DNA of 64,000 bases from Paragordius varius (GCA_964247055.1 OZ176053.1:9238001-9302000), one strand, 5' to 3'; shown: positions 1 to 20,639, numbered from the stretch's first letter. Notes: generated by a model not told the origin, from the letters alone. Numbers and translations are program-made.

Positions 1-506
1 AATAGTAGGTTTGTAGCAATTTTTCTTACCATAATAGCCACAAAATTCAGAAAATTATTTTAACATAATCAAAAAATAAAATACCTCTATAACTGGTTAT
101 TTACCATAGAAATAATATGTTCAAATTGTCGTTATGATCATTTTAAGCATGTTTAAGCTTAAAACGGTCATGCATTAATTGGTTGAAATGATTTTAAGGA
201 ATAGAGCGATCCCAATTCGATATATGGTGAATAGTTTTGTTTAGATTTATCATTTATTCCCGCACTTTGCCAATTAATGTATCTAATGGGTTTAGTACTC
301 ATAATACTTGATTTAGTTGTTTTTATGAGGATGGAGCTGTGTTTCGTTCCAATGATTTTTTATTTTGATTATTATTACCGATTATTTATTCCAGAATGTC
401 CTTTGTTGGTTGCTGTTCAAAATTAATTGTTTTTTGTTTTTAGTTAATCAGCGAAAGCGAAATCCGATACTCTCAAAGACCCATGTTCGGGTAAGTATTA
501 CTTGCG

Positions 507-617
507 TCCTTATGCTTAAATCCTTATGCTTAAATCCTTATGCTTAATCCTTATGCTTACGTCCTTATGCTTACATCCTTATGCTTAAATCCTTATGCTT
601 ACGTCCTTATGCTTACA
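507..617 (+). repeat. 14-bp tandem array (TCCTTATGCTTA[AA/CG/CA]) x8 in left foldback arm
   Basis: Eight head-to-tail units read directly, one of them 13 bp. Confidence 0.95.
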
Positions 618-2877
618 TTTTTGAATAAAAACAATACATTCATCATAAGTCTGCTCCTAGTAGACTTATTAAAATTTCAAAGTGGCATAACTTTAAAAAT
701 ATTGTGAATTTTTGAATTCTGTAAATTGGGGGAGATAAAGTAAAGTATATTTAACAAATAATTTATAGGTTTAAGTAATGTTGCTTCAATCTTTTGGCAT
801 TAAAAGGGGTTTACACAACCCCTGTTAAAAAATAGAAAATTCCTAAAACATGCATGCAAAATCAAAAGTTTTTTAGAAGAAATAGGTATGCATTTTATCC
901 AACTATATTTTTTAGATTTTTTTGAGTTATCAAAATTGAAATATCTGCATATTTTGTGAAATAAAGAAATCTATCCAGTTTTTCAAATTCTTTAAATTGG
1001 AGGATAAAAATGATGTATATATAACAAATTATTTATAGGTTTTAGAAATTGAATGATCGCATACACTCTTAGTGAACTAAGCTTCTTGAAAAAATATATC
1101 TGGAACATGCATGTAAAACCCAAAGCTTTTTAGAAGGTGTGCAATTGATTTAACCATATTTTTTAGATTTAGATGTCATGGCGATCGAATTATCTGCGCA
1201 CTTTTTGCATTTTGAGGATGAAGCATTGAAGAATTTATTTATTTTATTGGATTGCATAAAATTTTTACTATTTGATATATAAAATTATATATTTATGTTT
1301 ATTGTCAATAAATATCTGATAAATTTACTTTAGTTTCAAGCGTCTAAAAAGCATATTAATCCACAGTGCACAAAATCGGAGGCTATAAAAAATATTATGA
1401 TCAATCATATATATTGCATATTAGGAATATCATGGTGCTTGGTTTTCAGGTCTAACAAATAATTTAGAGTTATATCCAATTTTGTGGTAACTGCCTTATC
1501 GAAAGGTTGCAAATTAGGCAAACTTATTTGGAGTCTACGCTTAAAATTCTAAACAAACTTCATTTTGGTTTTCAAATATAGTTTATAATTTAATGATATT
1601 ATTAAAGGAAATTAAACTTTGACCAAAAAGACCCCTAAATATTTCCCCAAATTTAAAGCAAAAGCTAATCAAAATTTTGAGGTGATAGAAATGTTAAACA
1701 AAAGTGTTTTAATATCTTAAAGCACCATAAAATACGATTGCCAAAATTTTTTAAAAAATCTATTATATTGTCAAATACTAATTTATATGAAAAATATTAT
1801 CACGCATCGGCTTTTTTAAAAAAACTGGCCAATTTTAGAGAAGTCCAAAAAGTTGTTTTGGAGCCTACGCTTAAAATTTTAATTTCATTTTTGTTTTCGA
1901 ATATAGTTCATATCATAATATAATGGTATTTTTAAAGGAAAGCATTTAGCTTTCACCAAAAAAAATTATAAATTTGCCTAATTTGCAACCCGATAAGGAA
2001 CAATTACCACAAAACTGGATATAACTCTAAATTATTCGTTAGACCTAAAACCAAGCACCATGATACTCCTAATATGCATTATATTTGATTGATCATAATA
2101 TATTTATAGCCACCGATTTTGTGCACTGGGATTAAAATGATTTTTAGACGCTTGCAACTAAAGTAAACAAATATCATATATTTATTGACAATAAACATAA
2201 ATATATAATTTTATATATCAAATAGTAAAAATTTTATGAAATCCAATAAAATAAGTAAATTCTTCAATGCTTCATCCTCAAAATGCAAAAAGTGCGCAGA
2301 TAATTCGATCGACATGACATCTAAATCTAAAAAATATGGTTAAATCGATTGCACGCCTTCTAAAAAACTTTAGGTTTTACATGTATGTTCCAGATATATT
2401 TTTTCAAGAAGCTTAGTTCACTAAGATGTGTATGCGACCATTCAATTTCTAAAACCTATAAATAATTTGTTATATATACATCATTTTTATCCTTCAATTT
2501 AAAGAATTTGAAAAACTGGATAGATTTTTTTTTTCACAAAGTATGCAAATATTTCGTTTTCCATGACTCAAATAAATCTAAAAAATATAGTTGAGTAAAA
2601 TGCATACCTATTTCTTCTAAAAAACTTTTGATTTTGCATGCATGTTTTAGGATTTATCTATTTTTTAACAGGGGTTGTGTACACCCCTTTTAATGCCAAA
2701 AGATTGAAGCAACATTAATCAAACCTATAAATTATTTGTTAAATATACTTTACTTTCTCTCCTCCAATTTACAGAATTCAAAAATTCACAATATTTATAA
2801 AGTTATGCCACTTTAAAATTTTAATAAGTCTACTAGGAGCAGACTTATGATGAATGTATTATTTTTATTCAAAAATG

Positions 2878-2989
2878 TAAGCATAAGGACGTAAGCATAA
2901 GGATTTAAGCATAAGGACGTAAGCATAAGGACGTAAGCATAAGGATTTAAGCATAAGGATGTAAGCATAAGGATTTAAGCATAAGGACG
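2878..2989 (-). repeat. 14-bp tandem array x8 in right foldback arm (reverse complement of 507-617)
   Basis: Eight TAAGCATAAGGA(CG/TT/TG) units read directly. Confidence 0.95.
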
Positions 2990-3439
2990 TAAGTAATACT
3001 TACCCGAACATGGGTCAAAGACGTTAAATGAATGTTATATAATAAAGGTTTTGCGTTTAACATACTTAATATTCAATAGATTTTTTATGGATTAAGAACG
3101 CTGTTTGTCTTTACATTATCGTTTTTAAATGATTCTTAACAATAATGAACCGAAATCGACAACAAAATCAGTCAGCCTTAATAATAATTGGTGCACTCGG
3201 CTGTGCTGACGAAACACAGATTTTCCATTTATTGACAAGATAATGGAAGTGAAAACATAAGTTACTTGAAAATTGAATTAATTCTATTAAGTACCCAAAA
3301 ATTATTCTAATACAAGCTATGACCTTAACCGTCTCGCTGTGACTTAGTCATTGTAATTAAATTCATAACCTTATGTCTGATAAAAACAAAAAAAAAGGTA
3401 TCAATAACATATTTTTTGTTTAGATCCTTATTTTACATA

Positions 3440-4350
3440 AAGAAGGGCCCCAGGATTCCATATAAAAAGGGGCTTGACTAAAATATTTATCATAACACGT
3501 GAGAAATGTAAAACCTTGATTTAATTCATACGTTTTAATAGGTTTCCTGAAAATTAGCTTAGCCATGTTAGTTATATATGATGGGGGCGGAGCTCTACCG
3601 TGGTATTTTTTAAAAAAGCGCCGAAAAATTTTGTACTTGTTCGAAAAGTTATTAAAAACATTTAATTAGGGTCATATAAATTCTGAATAGGTTCAAGGCA
3701 AGTTATTTTAATGTAATGGCGTATTTTATAGATGGTAAAATCCTACAAAAGGGTTATATCAATTTTGCCGTATGCAGGGGATATTTGAAATAAGGAAACC
3801 ACATAATTTCATAGTTTAAAAAATTGTTTTAAAGCCAAAATATTATGCCGTATTTTACTCAGAGTGGCCATATCCATCGTCTTATTTAAACCACACTTAA
3901 ATTTTTGCATTTAAGCTAAAATACTCTAAAACCATCAAATCCATATGGCCTCAAAAGTTTTCAGAAAATTTTCAGAGTCGTATTTACACAATATTGTGTT
4001 TTACAGATGGTTTAACTCTATCCGGCTAAAAAATGTTGGCCTAAGTTTTTGCCGTTATATTGGGAGTTAAAACCATTATTAATTTTATGGGCGGGAATTG
4101 CTGATAACACGAGAAACAAAGTTCAATGCATTGGTAGAAAAATATTTTTTTGTTGCATTTAAATGGGCTTACAGGCTTTTCGGAAAATTATTGTAAAGAC
4201 ACGATTTTTAGAGATTTGTAACTTAAAAAACTCTATATTCACCCGGATTCAAAAAAGTGGCCAGATGTTTGGCAATAAATATAAAATATTTCCATTTAAT
4301 GAATGGGTTTAAACTCCAGAAAATTATCTCAGATTTGTTTAATGGCTTGA
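3440..4350. repeat. Degenerate repeat, possibly an old relative of the Helitron-borne satellite
   Basis: Recurrent ATTTTGCCGTA/GCCGTATTTT motifs resemble AAATTTTTGCCTTT units at 39-41 kb. No termini found; boundaries approximate. Confidence 0.3.
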
Positions 4351-4895
4351 CAAAACATATATCACCAAAAATTATATGCAAATTTTTATACAGGCTATAA
4401 TTTTAACCAAATGGCATTTTAATAACCATTGTTAAAGTATGGTATCCGTGCTGACGTGAGCATTATTAACCTTTATAATCTTTGCAAACGTATAATGAAA
4501 GCATTTGATTAATTAAGAGATAGACGAGAAAATGTCCTAAAATTCTATGCAGGGATTAAATTTCTGCGGCCATAATTTAATATATTTGATTTGTGGTTAA
4601 AAATAACAAAATTTTGATTAAGATTCTATTGAGAGCCTTAATAAACTAAATATTTGTAAATATATTAAATGGTAGATTTTTTGTCAAATTTATGAAATTA
4701 AAATCAGTCTGAATTTGTAATTGAAAAAAAAACGTTGGCTTTATAAATTCAACTATAATAAACTTGCAAAAAATACACGTTAAAGCAATGAATCTATAAT
4801 TATTTTTAGCTTTTTTCTTCAAAGTTTTAAATACAAAAATTTATTTATTTATATTATAAATAAAATTATAATAAACTATTTTACAAAAATAACAA

Positions 4896-12620
<7,725 letters not shown>

Positions 12621-12779
12621 CAAATTTGATCGATATAAAGTACTTATGCATATAAGTCATACATATGACAGTAAAACAAACATTTTCAGCAAGACAAAAA
12701 TAATCTCGATAACCATACTATATTCTAAATAAAAAAACAAATAATAAACGTCCAAAAAATATATTTTTTAATTAATATA

Positions 12780-13550
12780 TATCATTTTTAAAAAATGTCA
12801 GCTCTCAATATAGACTCTGAAAATATAGTGAACTGTATATTTTTAGATAGAAAAATGTATAATTCTGATGGCCATCTTCGTTTTGGGCCGTGAGAGTGAT
12901 TTAACACTTGGATACAACACATTCATTATTCTTTCGATTCAAATTGGGTTAGTTGGATACCCCAGGCCTGTTTAAAATTAAATACTATAAAATTTAAGGA
13001 AGGAATAGAAGCCATGGCAAAATTTTGCACTTATACATTAATAAACCGGAATATATATAAACTTTTTTCAAAAATACTATTACTTATTTTAAATTAAAAC
13101 CAAAAGGTAAAAATTAGTCAGCGCGACATGTGTACATTGGGTAAATAATAATACAAAATAAACCATTTTTCTATTTATATCAATGTTAGATGTCATTTAA
13201 ATAGAAAATTATCTTTAATTATACTTTGAAAAATAAATGATAATAATATTTTGCAAAATAAAAATGGCGTCGAAGTAGTTTGACATGGAACCTTTTTTTT
13301 CAAAACGAAATTTCATTAATATATTTTAACTTATTTAATTTTTATTAGGATATAAGCATAAATTTAAATTAGGACGGTTTCTTTGCGTAGTTTTTTATAA
13401 ATTTTTACTTTAATTTAGTCCGGGCTATTTATATACCCCAAATTGAATCGAAGTGTATAGAAAGTTTTAAGTGATTTCCTGATAACTCCATTTAAAACAG
13501 CAAAATTAGATTGACAATGGGCTAAATAATTTTCTTGTGGTAAAGAGTCC
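12780..13550. repeat. Old, internally palindromic dispersed repeat just upstream of the Mi-2 start
   Basis: CTTTCGATTCAAATTGGG (~12930) is inverted relative to CCCCAAATTGAATCGAAG (~13437). The ~13220-13500 segment matches the reverse complement of ~21130-21410. Boundaries approximate. Confidence 0.45.
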
Positions 13551-14072
13551 ATAAAAATATCATTCAGCAATGATATAAACCACTATTTAAACCGCGGTTA
13601 ATGGTTTTTTATCGCTATTAATTAAAATGGAATATAAATATATACAAACGTTTCAAACAGTTATGTAATATGTATCAGCATTATATAGTCCACAGACCGT
13701 GAGACAATAAAATATATTTTTGGCCTTTCATGGTGACTGATATAAACAATATTTTAAAAGCAAAACTAAACTTTTAGACGTGGGCTGCCAAAGTCTAAAA
13801 TTTGTAGCCCCACCAAAATCATCATGATAATCTTGTTAAAGTTTACTGTTAAAAAACATATATTTCACAGGTTTTAATACCCCCGATTTTGGACTCAGTG
13901 TATATCCATGATGCTGAACATTTCCAACACCTCGGAATTATTATAAATATATATGGTTTTTACATAATCAAATTTGAAGTCTAACAAATATAATTCTGAG
14001 GGTATAGAAATGTTCGACATCATTAAATTATATCGACAGTGCATAAAATTGGGAAAAATATATTATGATGAA

Positions 14073-14100
14073 ATATATATATATATATATATATATATAT
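14073..14100. repeat. (AT)n microsatellite
   Basis: Read directly. Similar tracts at ~20678-20702, 32221-32251 and ~37379-37398. Confidence 0.9.
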
Positions 14101-15067
14101 TCTGATAGAAAAAATATGACACTTTAGGATAATATGAGAAAGTTATATGCACTCATGTTGTAGCAAATATCGTAAAATCGCAAATTTTCTCACATGCGAA
14201 ATGAAATTTAGCTATATTCCTCAAAAATTTATAAAAAATATGATATCACTGTGACACAACTTTTTCTGGACTCGATTTTCTAATCTAATTCCTTATAGTA
14301 TTGTGATCAGATTTGCGTAAAAACCTTTTTTACTTACCCAGCTCGTTGTCGAGATATGGGACTTTTTCCATATTTGGACATATCCAAAATTTTCTTGTTT
14401 GTAAATATTTTTCGCTATGTAAACAAATAATATGTGGCTTACATAAGTATTTTTACAAGAAATTACCAATTTATCTTCAAAATAAAAAAAAATTTACTCA
14501 AAATATCCAATACTTTGTTTTAGGGGGCAAAAACCCTCAAAAATTGGGTAACTTAACATTTTTTCACACAAATATTTTTTATCAATTTATTAAATCAAAA
14601 CAAACTTTATTATATGTTCTTGGATGTTAATAATGTTTGTTTAAGTATAAATATCACTTTGTAATAGCTTTGTGGACTTTTATTTTTAAAAATAAATTTA
14701 ATTTTTACAGCTTTTTTGCTGTTTTTTTATGTAAAAAATGATTTAATTTACTCAGCTGTAAATACTAATTTCATTTTTTCATCTGAAATTTTTAAATATT
14801 TACCATATACAGTGACGGTAAGGAGCAAGCCTGTCACACCCTTTTCTGGATACCTGGATGATGTATTCAAGAATACTAAATTTTATGCCTTAAAATATAA
14901 TCCTAACCATGTAGGATGATAGTGAGTTGTTATGTTTAATAATTTACCCTATATTAGTTAGCTTATGAAAATATATTATTCTTCTCTCTTACCTTAGTGC
15001 ATAATACACCTTTGTCCTTGTTACGCTAAAAATGTATATTATCTTGGTTGTGAATGCTTTCATCTAA

Positions 15068-16205
15068 GGGCCATGTGAATGAGCCAGTTGAGCCGGCTCA
15101 TTTACCACTTTTAATAATCAGAGTGAATGAGCCTTCCTCATGCTGTTGAGATGGAAGAATTTTTAATCCTGGTTCAGGGTTAAGGTTATTACAAAAGCCG
15201 ATATCTCGAGAACTAGGAAGAATTTTTGGAATCTGAAAACTCTATTAGCCTAAATAAAGTAAATTTAATATATGTATATGGTAGGTTATGGAAATTTTGG
15301 ACATGTATCAAAAAATATTTTTCGGGCAGATGCTTACTAAAGGTTATGTTTTAGTGCTTTATTTTTATATATTTAGGCAAGAAATGGTAGTTAGTTGAAG
15401 TTTATAAGCAAGTTCAACTGAATATTTAGAAAATCATTGTATAACTACTGATATGTTTTTTCAAGAATTTAGAATATGTCATATAATTTTTTCCTCATTT
15501 GAAACCATTCTAAATGGTAAAATAATCAGAAATACTATCGAGTATTTTTAAATTTGGTTTATTTTAGACATGAAACTCTGCTACTTACTAATGATAATCG
15601 GAGTATTCGGTAATACATATTTCCATAAAAGCGATAGGTAACATTGACGAAAATGAGTTAGCAAACTTTATATCAGAAGATCAGACAACACCTATATTGA
15701 ATAGCCATCAGACAGGAGTAGATCAAGAAACGATTTAATTTGACATAATTTTATTAATAATTTATTTTTACACAATAAATGAATATATTTTATAAATATT
15801 TAAATATTGATCATTTCTTCGGCTAAAGCCTCCCAGACCTTAAGCTTTTCGTTATTGCTGAATTTATTTACGGATTCATAAAGAGGCACATATATCTAGA
15901 AATTATTTAAACAAAACTTTTTAATAAGACCCGCATATAAATCGCGTGTAACTGTTTTCATCATATTGATAAAAATACAAAACAGGCCTTCGCCGTTGCT
16001 AAATTTATTTACGGTGTTCATAAAGAAGGATGCTATAAATTATTTGAACAAAATAACTTAAATCGCGTGTAGACCTGTTATCCATCATACTAAAAAATTT
16101 CAAAACTCCCACCTCAAAAACTCAATCACCTCCCTCAAACAAAGGCTTCCTCATAATCCATAATCCAGGTGAATGAGGTTGAAAATTGGCTCATTCACAT
16201 GGCCC
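15068..16205. mobile_element. PIF/Harbinger (Tourist-like) non-autonomous element, 1138 bp
   Basis: Perfect 19-bp TIR GGGCCATGTGAATGAGCCA / TGGCTCATTCACATGGCCC. TAA TSD at 15065-15067 and 16206-16208. Extra GTGAATGAG subterminal motifs and a degenerate internal ~145-bp duplication (~15840-16090). Confidence 0.9.
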
Positions 16206-16462
16206 TAAATATAAATGCAACATTGCTTTAAAACTATATATAATGCAATATATTTTATACACGATATATATAATTTTTTATGCTATAATAAATTCTTTTT
16301 TTCGCTTATTACACGGGTAAAAATATTGTATCTCACAGCAAAAAATCTATGTAAACTATTTAGAGGGGGGGGGCGTTTTTGGGCCGTTCGAGTAGGAAGC
16401 ACTCATAGAGACGGTGAATATGCAAAAAATGCTTTTCGTATCGTATCATCTTTGTGTAATGG

Positions 16463-16670
16463 CTAGCCATTGTATCCGTATAGAAGCTGTCTGTAGTATT
16501 TGCGATCCTGCCAGGCGTTATCATCAATGTTGGCAACATTTATATCATTTATTGTTTTTTCCAGTTAGATGTTGGTCTACCCCTGTTATTGTTACCTTCG
16601 AGATGTAGTGTAACTTATTGGGGTGGAATAAATCCGCTTTTCTATGTTCATTAGTTTTTTCTCAATTAAA
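16463..16670 (-). pseudogene. Decayed 3' end of an RTE-like non-LTR retrotransposon
   Basis: Minus-strand translation gives IPPQ*VTLHLEGNNNRGRPTSNWKKQ, then after a break INVANIDDNAWQDRKYYRQLLYGYNG*. These resemble the RTE C-terminal G..RGRP..W and AQDR..WR motifs. Confidence 0.5.
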
Positions 16671-17269
16671 TCTGTCATCGGCCAAAGGTAAGAGAGAAGG
16701 ATATTATATTTTCATAAGCTAACTTATATAAGGTCAATTTAAAGATAACAACCCGTCAGTCATCCTAAAAAAATAATCAATTACTTGGTTAGGATTTTAT
16801 TTTAACGCATAATAGTATTGTTGAACACATCATCAGTATCAGGGGTGAAACAAGATCAATCTAACTTGACAGTTTCAGTCTGCACAAGACTCCCCAAGCC
16901 CCTTCACAGCATAGCCTTCACGGGGCATTGATTACAAAAGTTTGATTTATTCTAAAATAATAAGGAAGTTATATTTAAAGTTATATCGGTTTATATTTAT
17001 TCAAAAAATTTATTAGGATGACCTTTATTATATTGAAATATTTTTTTATTTATATTTTATGGATGTTTTAATTAGTTATCTTCAAAGGAGAAAAAAAATG
17101 GTTGTTTCTAAATCCAATCCAATTATTTGCTATAAAATGTTTGATGTACGTAAAGTATTTTGATTCAGTTAATATTATCGTATTAAGGTACAGTTTTTAA
17201 AGTTCCAAAAAATTTAGTTTAAAAATTATTATAAGTTTAGACTGTTTTGGAAATCAAATTCGTTATATA

Positions 17270-17373
17270 CAGTAGCGTATGGTAAGAAAAGATTAAGATT
17301 TGTAACCTATTTTAATTAATTATAAACTTTATTTTTTTTTTATTTTATTTGAATTATTTACCATATGCTACTG
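17270..17373. mobile_element. 104-bp Tc1/mariner-type MITE
   Basis: TA|CAGTAGCGTATGGTAA ... TTACCATATGCTACTG|TA: 16-bp TIR with one mismatch and TA TSD. Confidence 0.7.
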
Positions 17374-17453
17374 TATTAAATATATATATTTTTTTAAATT
17401 TCGCAAAGAAGAGTAAAGAGAAAAAAGGAACCCTAAGGTCTCGAGTGTAAGCG

Positions 17454-20049
17454 TTATCCACATATTATCATTATCGGTTCTTGATTTTTTAATTTTTTTA
17501 AGCTTTTTTGTTCTTTCTTTTCCTCGTGGTCTAACAAACACATAGCAATTATTTGTACTTTGCATTCTTCGGCCGTTTTCTTCCAATTGTTTTGTTTAAC
17601 CAACTGAATAAATTTGTTTTCATTCAAATCGAATCTTGAAAGAAATGTTAAGATGCGTCCTAGCCAAGTAGTTTTTTGTTTGTAATTTTCGGTGTTATTA
17701 TCTTTCCATGATAGCGCTTCCCACAGTGGGCCTATGTTAGATCTTTTAATTTGATGTGCCATAACATTTAATCCTGCTAGGGGGATAGCGTATTCTAAGG
17801 GAATGCATTTTGTTTCGGCGTAAAGTGCTGCATTGGATATTAATGAGTGGTTTTGATAGGAATATCCCATTATTTTCCTTAAGGCTTTGTTGATGAATAT
17901 TTGAGTTCTGTGTAAGGTTTTTCTTTTTATTGGCCATACTGAGAAGCCATATGTAATTTTTGTTATTATACATGCCTTAAAAAGTCGTAATTTCAGTTGT
18001 TTGCTAAGAATTTTTGAACTCCAGAGTTGGCGCATTTCACCGAATATTTCCTGGGTATTGTTCAATCTGTTCATTGCGTTTAGATCTATACATCCTTTTT
18101 TAGAGAACCAGACTCCTAAGTATTTGTATTTGTCTACTATTTCAAGTTCTCCCATTGTGAGAGGAAATTTTTTAATTGATAATTCGGATATTGTCATAAC
18201 TTTGGTTTTGTCCATATTTAATATCAGACCTGCTTCTTTAAATTTTGTTGCTAATAATTCGATGCAAGATCTAAGGGACTCGATTGATTCGCTAACTATA
18301 CATATGTCATCAGCATATGCCATTATTTTGTAGGAGCTTAACTCACATTCCATTTCTTTTAAAATTTTATCTATAATGAGATTAAATATTTTTGGGGATA
18401 TTGGGCATCCTTGTTTAACTCCTCTAGTCGTTGAAAATATATTTCCATAATAACCTTCAGTGACGACTTGGAAACTTCCATTTATTAACAGGTTAATTAT
18501 AAAGTTTTTCCAATTTTGATCGAGTTTTAGATTGTTTATTATTTTTATTATATATTGTCTGTTTGCGTGGTCAAACGCTTTCTTGATATCGACGAAACAT
18601 ATCCAGATTGTTGTTTTTAGCATAATGCTTTTTTCTATGTATATATTTAAAGCCGTAAATAGTTCCGTTGTTCCGCACCCTTTTCTGAATCCACCGATTG
18701 CGGGGTGAAGCTCATGTTCTAGCTTCTCAAGTTGTCGCAGGGCTGTTGTTGCCAGGATTTTATAGATTGTGTTGGATAAAGTTATACCTCTATAATCTTC
18801 AGGTTTACATGCGTTACTTTTTTTCGGTAAAGTTTTTATAGTAAATTTGAGCCATTCCTCGTGGAACTCCCCTTTATTGAGGTATTGGTTTATAAATGGT
18901 AAGGCGTTGATTGTGCACCAGTTTCGATCTATTTTCCAACTGGTTGTCGTTGAATTATCTGGTCCTGGTGCTTTATAACTTTTAAGATTCTTTAATATGC
19001 TAAGAAATAAATTTACGTCTAGGTTCAATGAAAAAGGAAATGCGGTTGTTTCGTTTTTTTCGTATGTTCCTCTATATAGGTCCATATAGTAATCGGTTAG
19101 ATGATTGACAATAATATTGGGGTCGGAGCATTTGATATTGTTAATTACTAAGGATGATGAGATTTTAGGCCTTTTGACAAATTGATTGTATGTATTGAAT
19201 AATTCTCTTGGAAGATTGTGCAAGCTATTCATGTGTTTAAATAAATCATGGAAATATTTTGTCCTGTCTCTTCTAACCAATTTATTCATTTTTTGTTTAA
19301 TCCATATTTTTTTCCTAAGACTAAAACATTTATTTTTTGTGTCCATTATCATTTTCTTAGTTTTCTCTGATACTGTTTCCAATGATACATTTTTAGGAGA
19401 GATGTTTGTCATCTTTAATTTGTGGATGATTGTTTCCCATTGATTTAGGGGTCCAGCTATTTTGTTACCTTGCATCCCTTTCCAACCTATTTTGTATTCT
19501 AAGGATATAGGTTTGTGGTCACTAAATGTGCCATAATAATTACCACTTTGTGCTGTTTTAATTTTTCTAAAGCAATTTTCTTTCATTAATATAAAATCTA
19601 TTTGCGAAGATTTTTTGGTTGTAGATATTCTGGTATATCTCCCTTTGGGGCCATTGAAAAAAGTATTAGTTAATAGTAATTTTTCGGTTTCACAGAACTG
19701 GGCTAGTAGTCTTCCATTTGTGTTGGTGATTTTTGGTGTGTATTTCCCTACTGCCCATGTAAAATGTTGGGAACCTATTTTTGCGTTCATATCGCCGCCA
19801 ATTATAAGGGTGCTGTTCTTAGGACAGTTGTCATTTATGTTTTTTAGATTATCTAGGAAGGATTTGTAGGTTGGAGCATCATGAGGAGCATATGCGCTTA
19901 TTATTATCAAGTAATTGTCATTGTATTGAAGATGTAGTTCGGCTAAGCGGTGGTCGTGTGGGATAAATTTTTTTATTTTTCTTGTCATGTGTTTTTTGGT
20001 AAGGAATCCAACTCCGCCGGATTTGCCGTCTGCTTTTGAGTTGTAAAGT
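17454..20049 (-). mobile_element. 5'-truncated RTE-like non-LTR retrotransposon with an uninterrupted partial-EN plus RT ORF
   Basis: The 844-aa ORF extends upstream without a stop through YNSKADGKSGGVGFL to ~20049. APE motifs GGDMNAKIG, SQIDFIL, SDHKPI; RT motifs FVDIKKAFD, GVKQGCPISP, YADD, YKYLG; RTE-type C-terminus LKLRLFKACIITKITYG. The N-terminal EN motifs are missing. Confidence 0.88.
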
Positions 20050-20639
20050 TATGGTTAATATTTAAAAATTTCAGATGAAAAAATGAAATTAGTATTTACA
20101 GCTGAGTAAATTAAATCATTTTTTACATAAAAAAAACAGCAAAAAAGCTGTAAAAATTAAATTTATTTTTAAAAATTAAAGTCCACAAAGCTATTACAAA
20201 GTGATATTTATACTTAAACAAACATTATAAACATCCAAGAACATATAATAAAGTTTGTTTTGATTTAATAAATCGATAAAAAATATTTGTGTGAAAAAAT
20301 GTTAAGTTACCCAATTTTTGAGGGTTTTTGCCCCCTAAAACAAAAAGTATTGGATATTTTGAGTAAATTTTTTTTTTATTTTGAAGATAAATTGGTAATT
20401 TCTTGTAAAAATACTTATGTAAGCCACATATTATTTGTTTACATAGCGAAAAATATTTACAAACAAGAAAATTTTGGATATGTCCAAATATGGAAAAAGT
20501 CCCATATCTCGAAAACGAGCTGGGTAAGTAAAAAAATTTTTTACGCAAATCTTATCACAATACTATAAGGGATCAGAAAATATTTAGAAAATCGAGTCCA
20601 GAAAATTGACCCCATATTTTGTTGCACAGTGTATTATAT

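Larger units (their letters stand above)
480..3014. mobile_element. Non-autonomous foldback (FB-like) DNA transposon with ~1.04-kb TIRs and 7-bp TSD
   Basis: Begins CCCATGTTCGGGTAAGTATTACTT (480) and ends AAGTAATACTTACCCGAACATGGG (3014). TCAAAGA flanks both sides (473-479, 3015-3021). Arms ~480-1525 and ~1970-3014 align as reverse complements along their length. The ~440-bp spacer holds a degenerate ~100-bp direct repeat (~1529-1630, ~1858-1960). No transposase ORF. Confidence 0.9.
14247..20631. mobile_element. CACTG-ended (CMC: CACTA/Chapaev-like) element with ~560-580-bp TIRs enclosing nested elements
   Basis: Left arm 14247-14806 starts CACTGTG; right arm 20050-20631 ends CACAGTG. Arms are near-identical reverse complements, which is why ORFs 14313+ and 20225- are duplicates. 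TAT flanks both ends (14244-14246, 20632-20634). A 3-bp match is weak support in AT-rich DNA. Confidence 0.7.

Noticed and set aside
507-617. 14-bp repeats as a CRISPR array or telomere
   Set aside because: Units are contiguous with no unique spacers, mirrored in the opposite arm of a TSD-flanked element, and the DNA is eukaryotic with no cas genes.
14313-14630. Near-identical 105/107-aa ORFs (14313+ and 20225-) as a duplicated gene
   Set aside because: They are translations of the two TIR arms, with TTG or non-ATG starts and no domain features.
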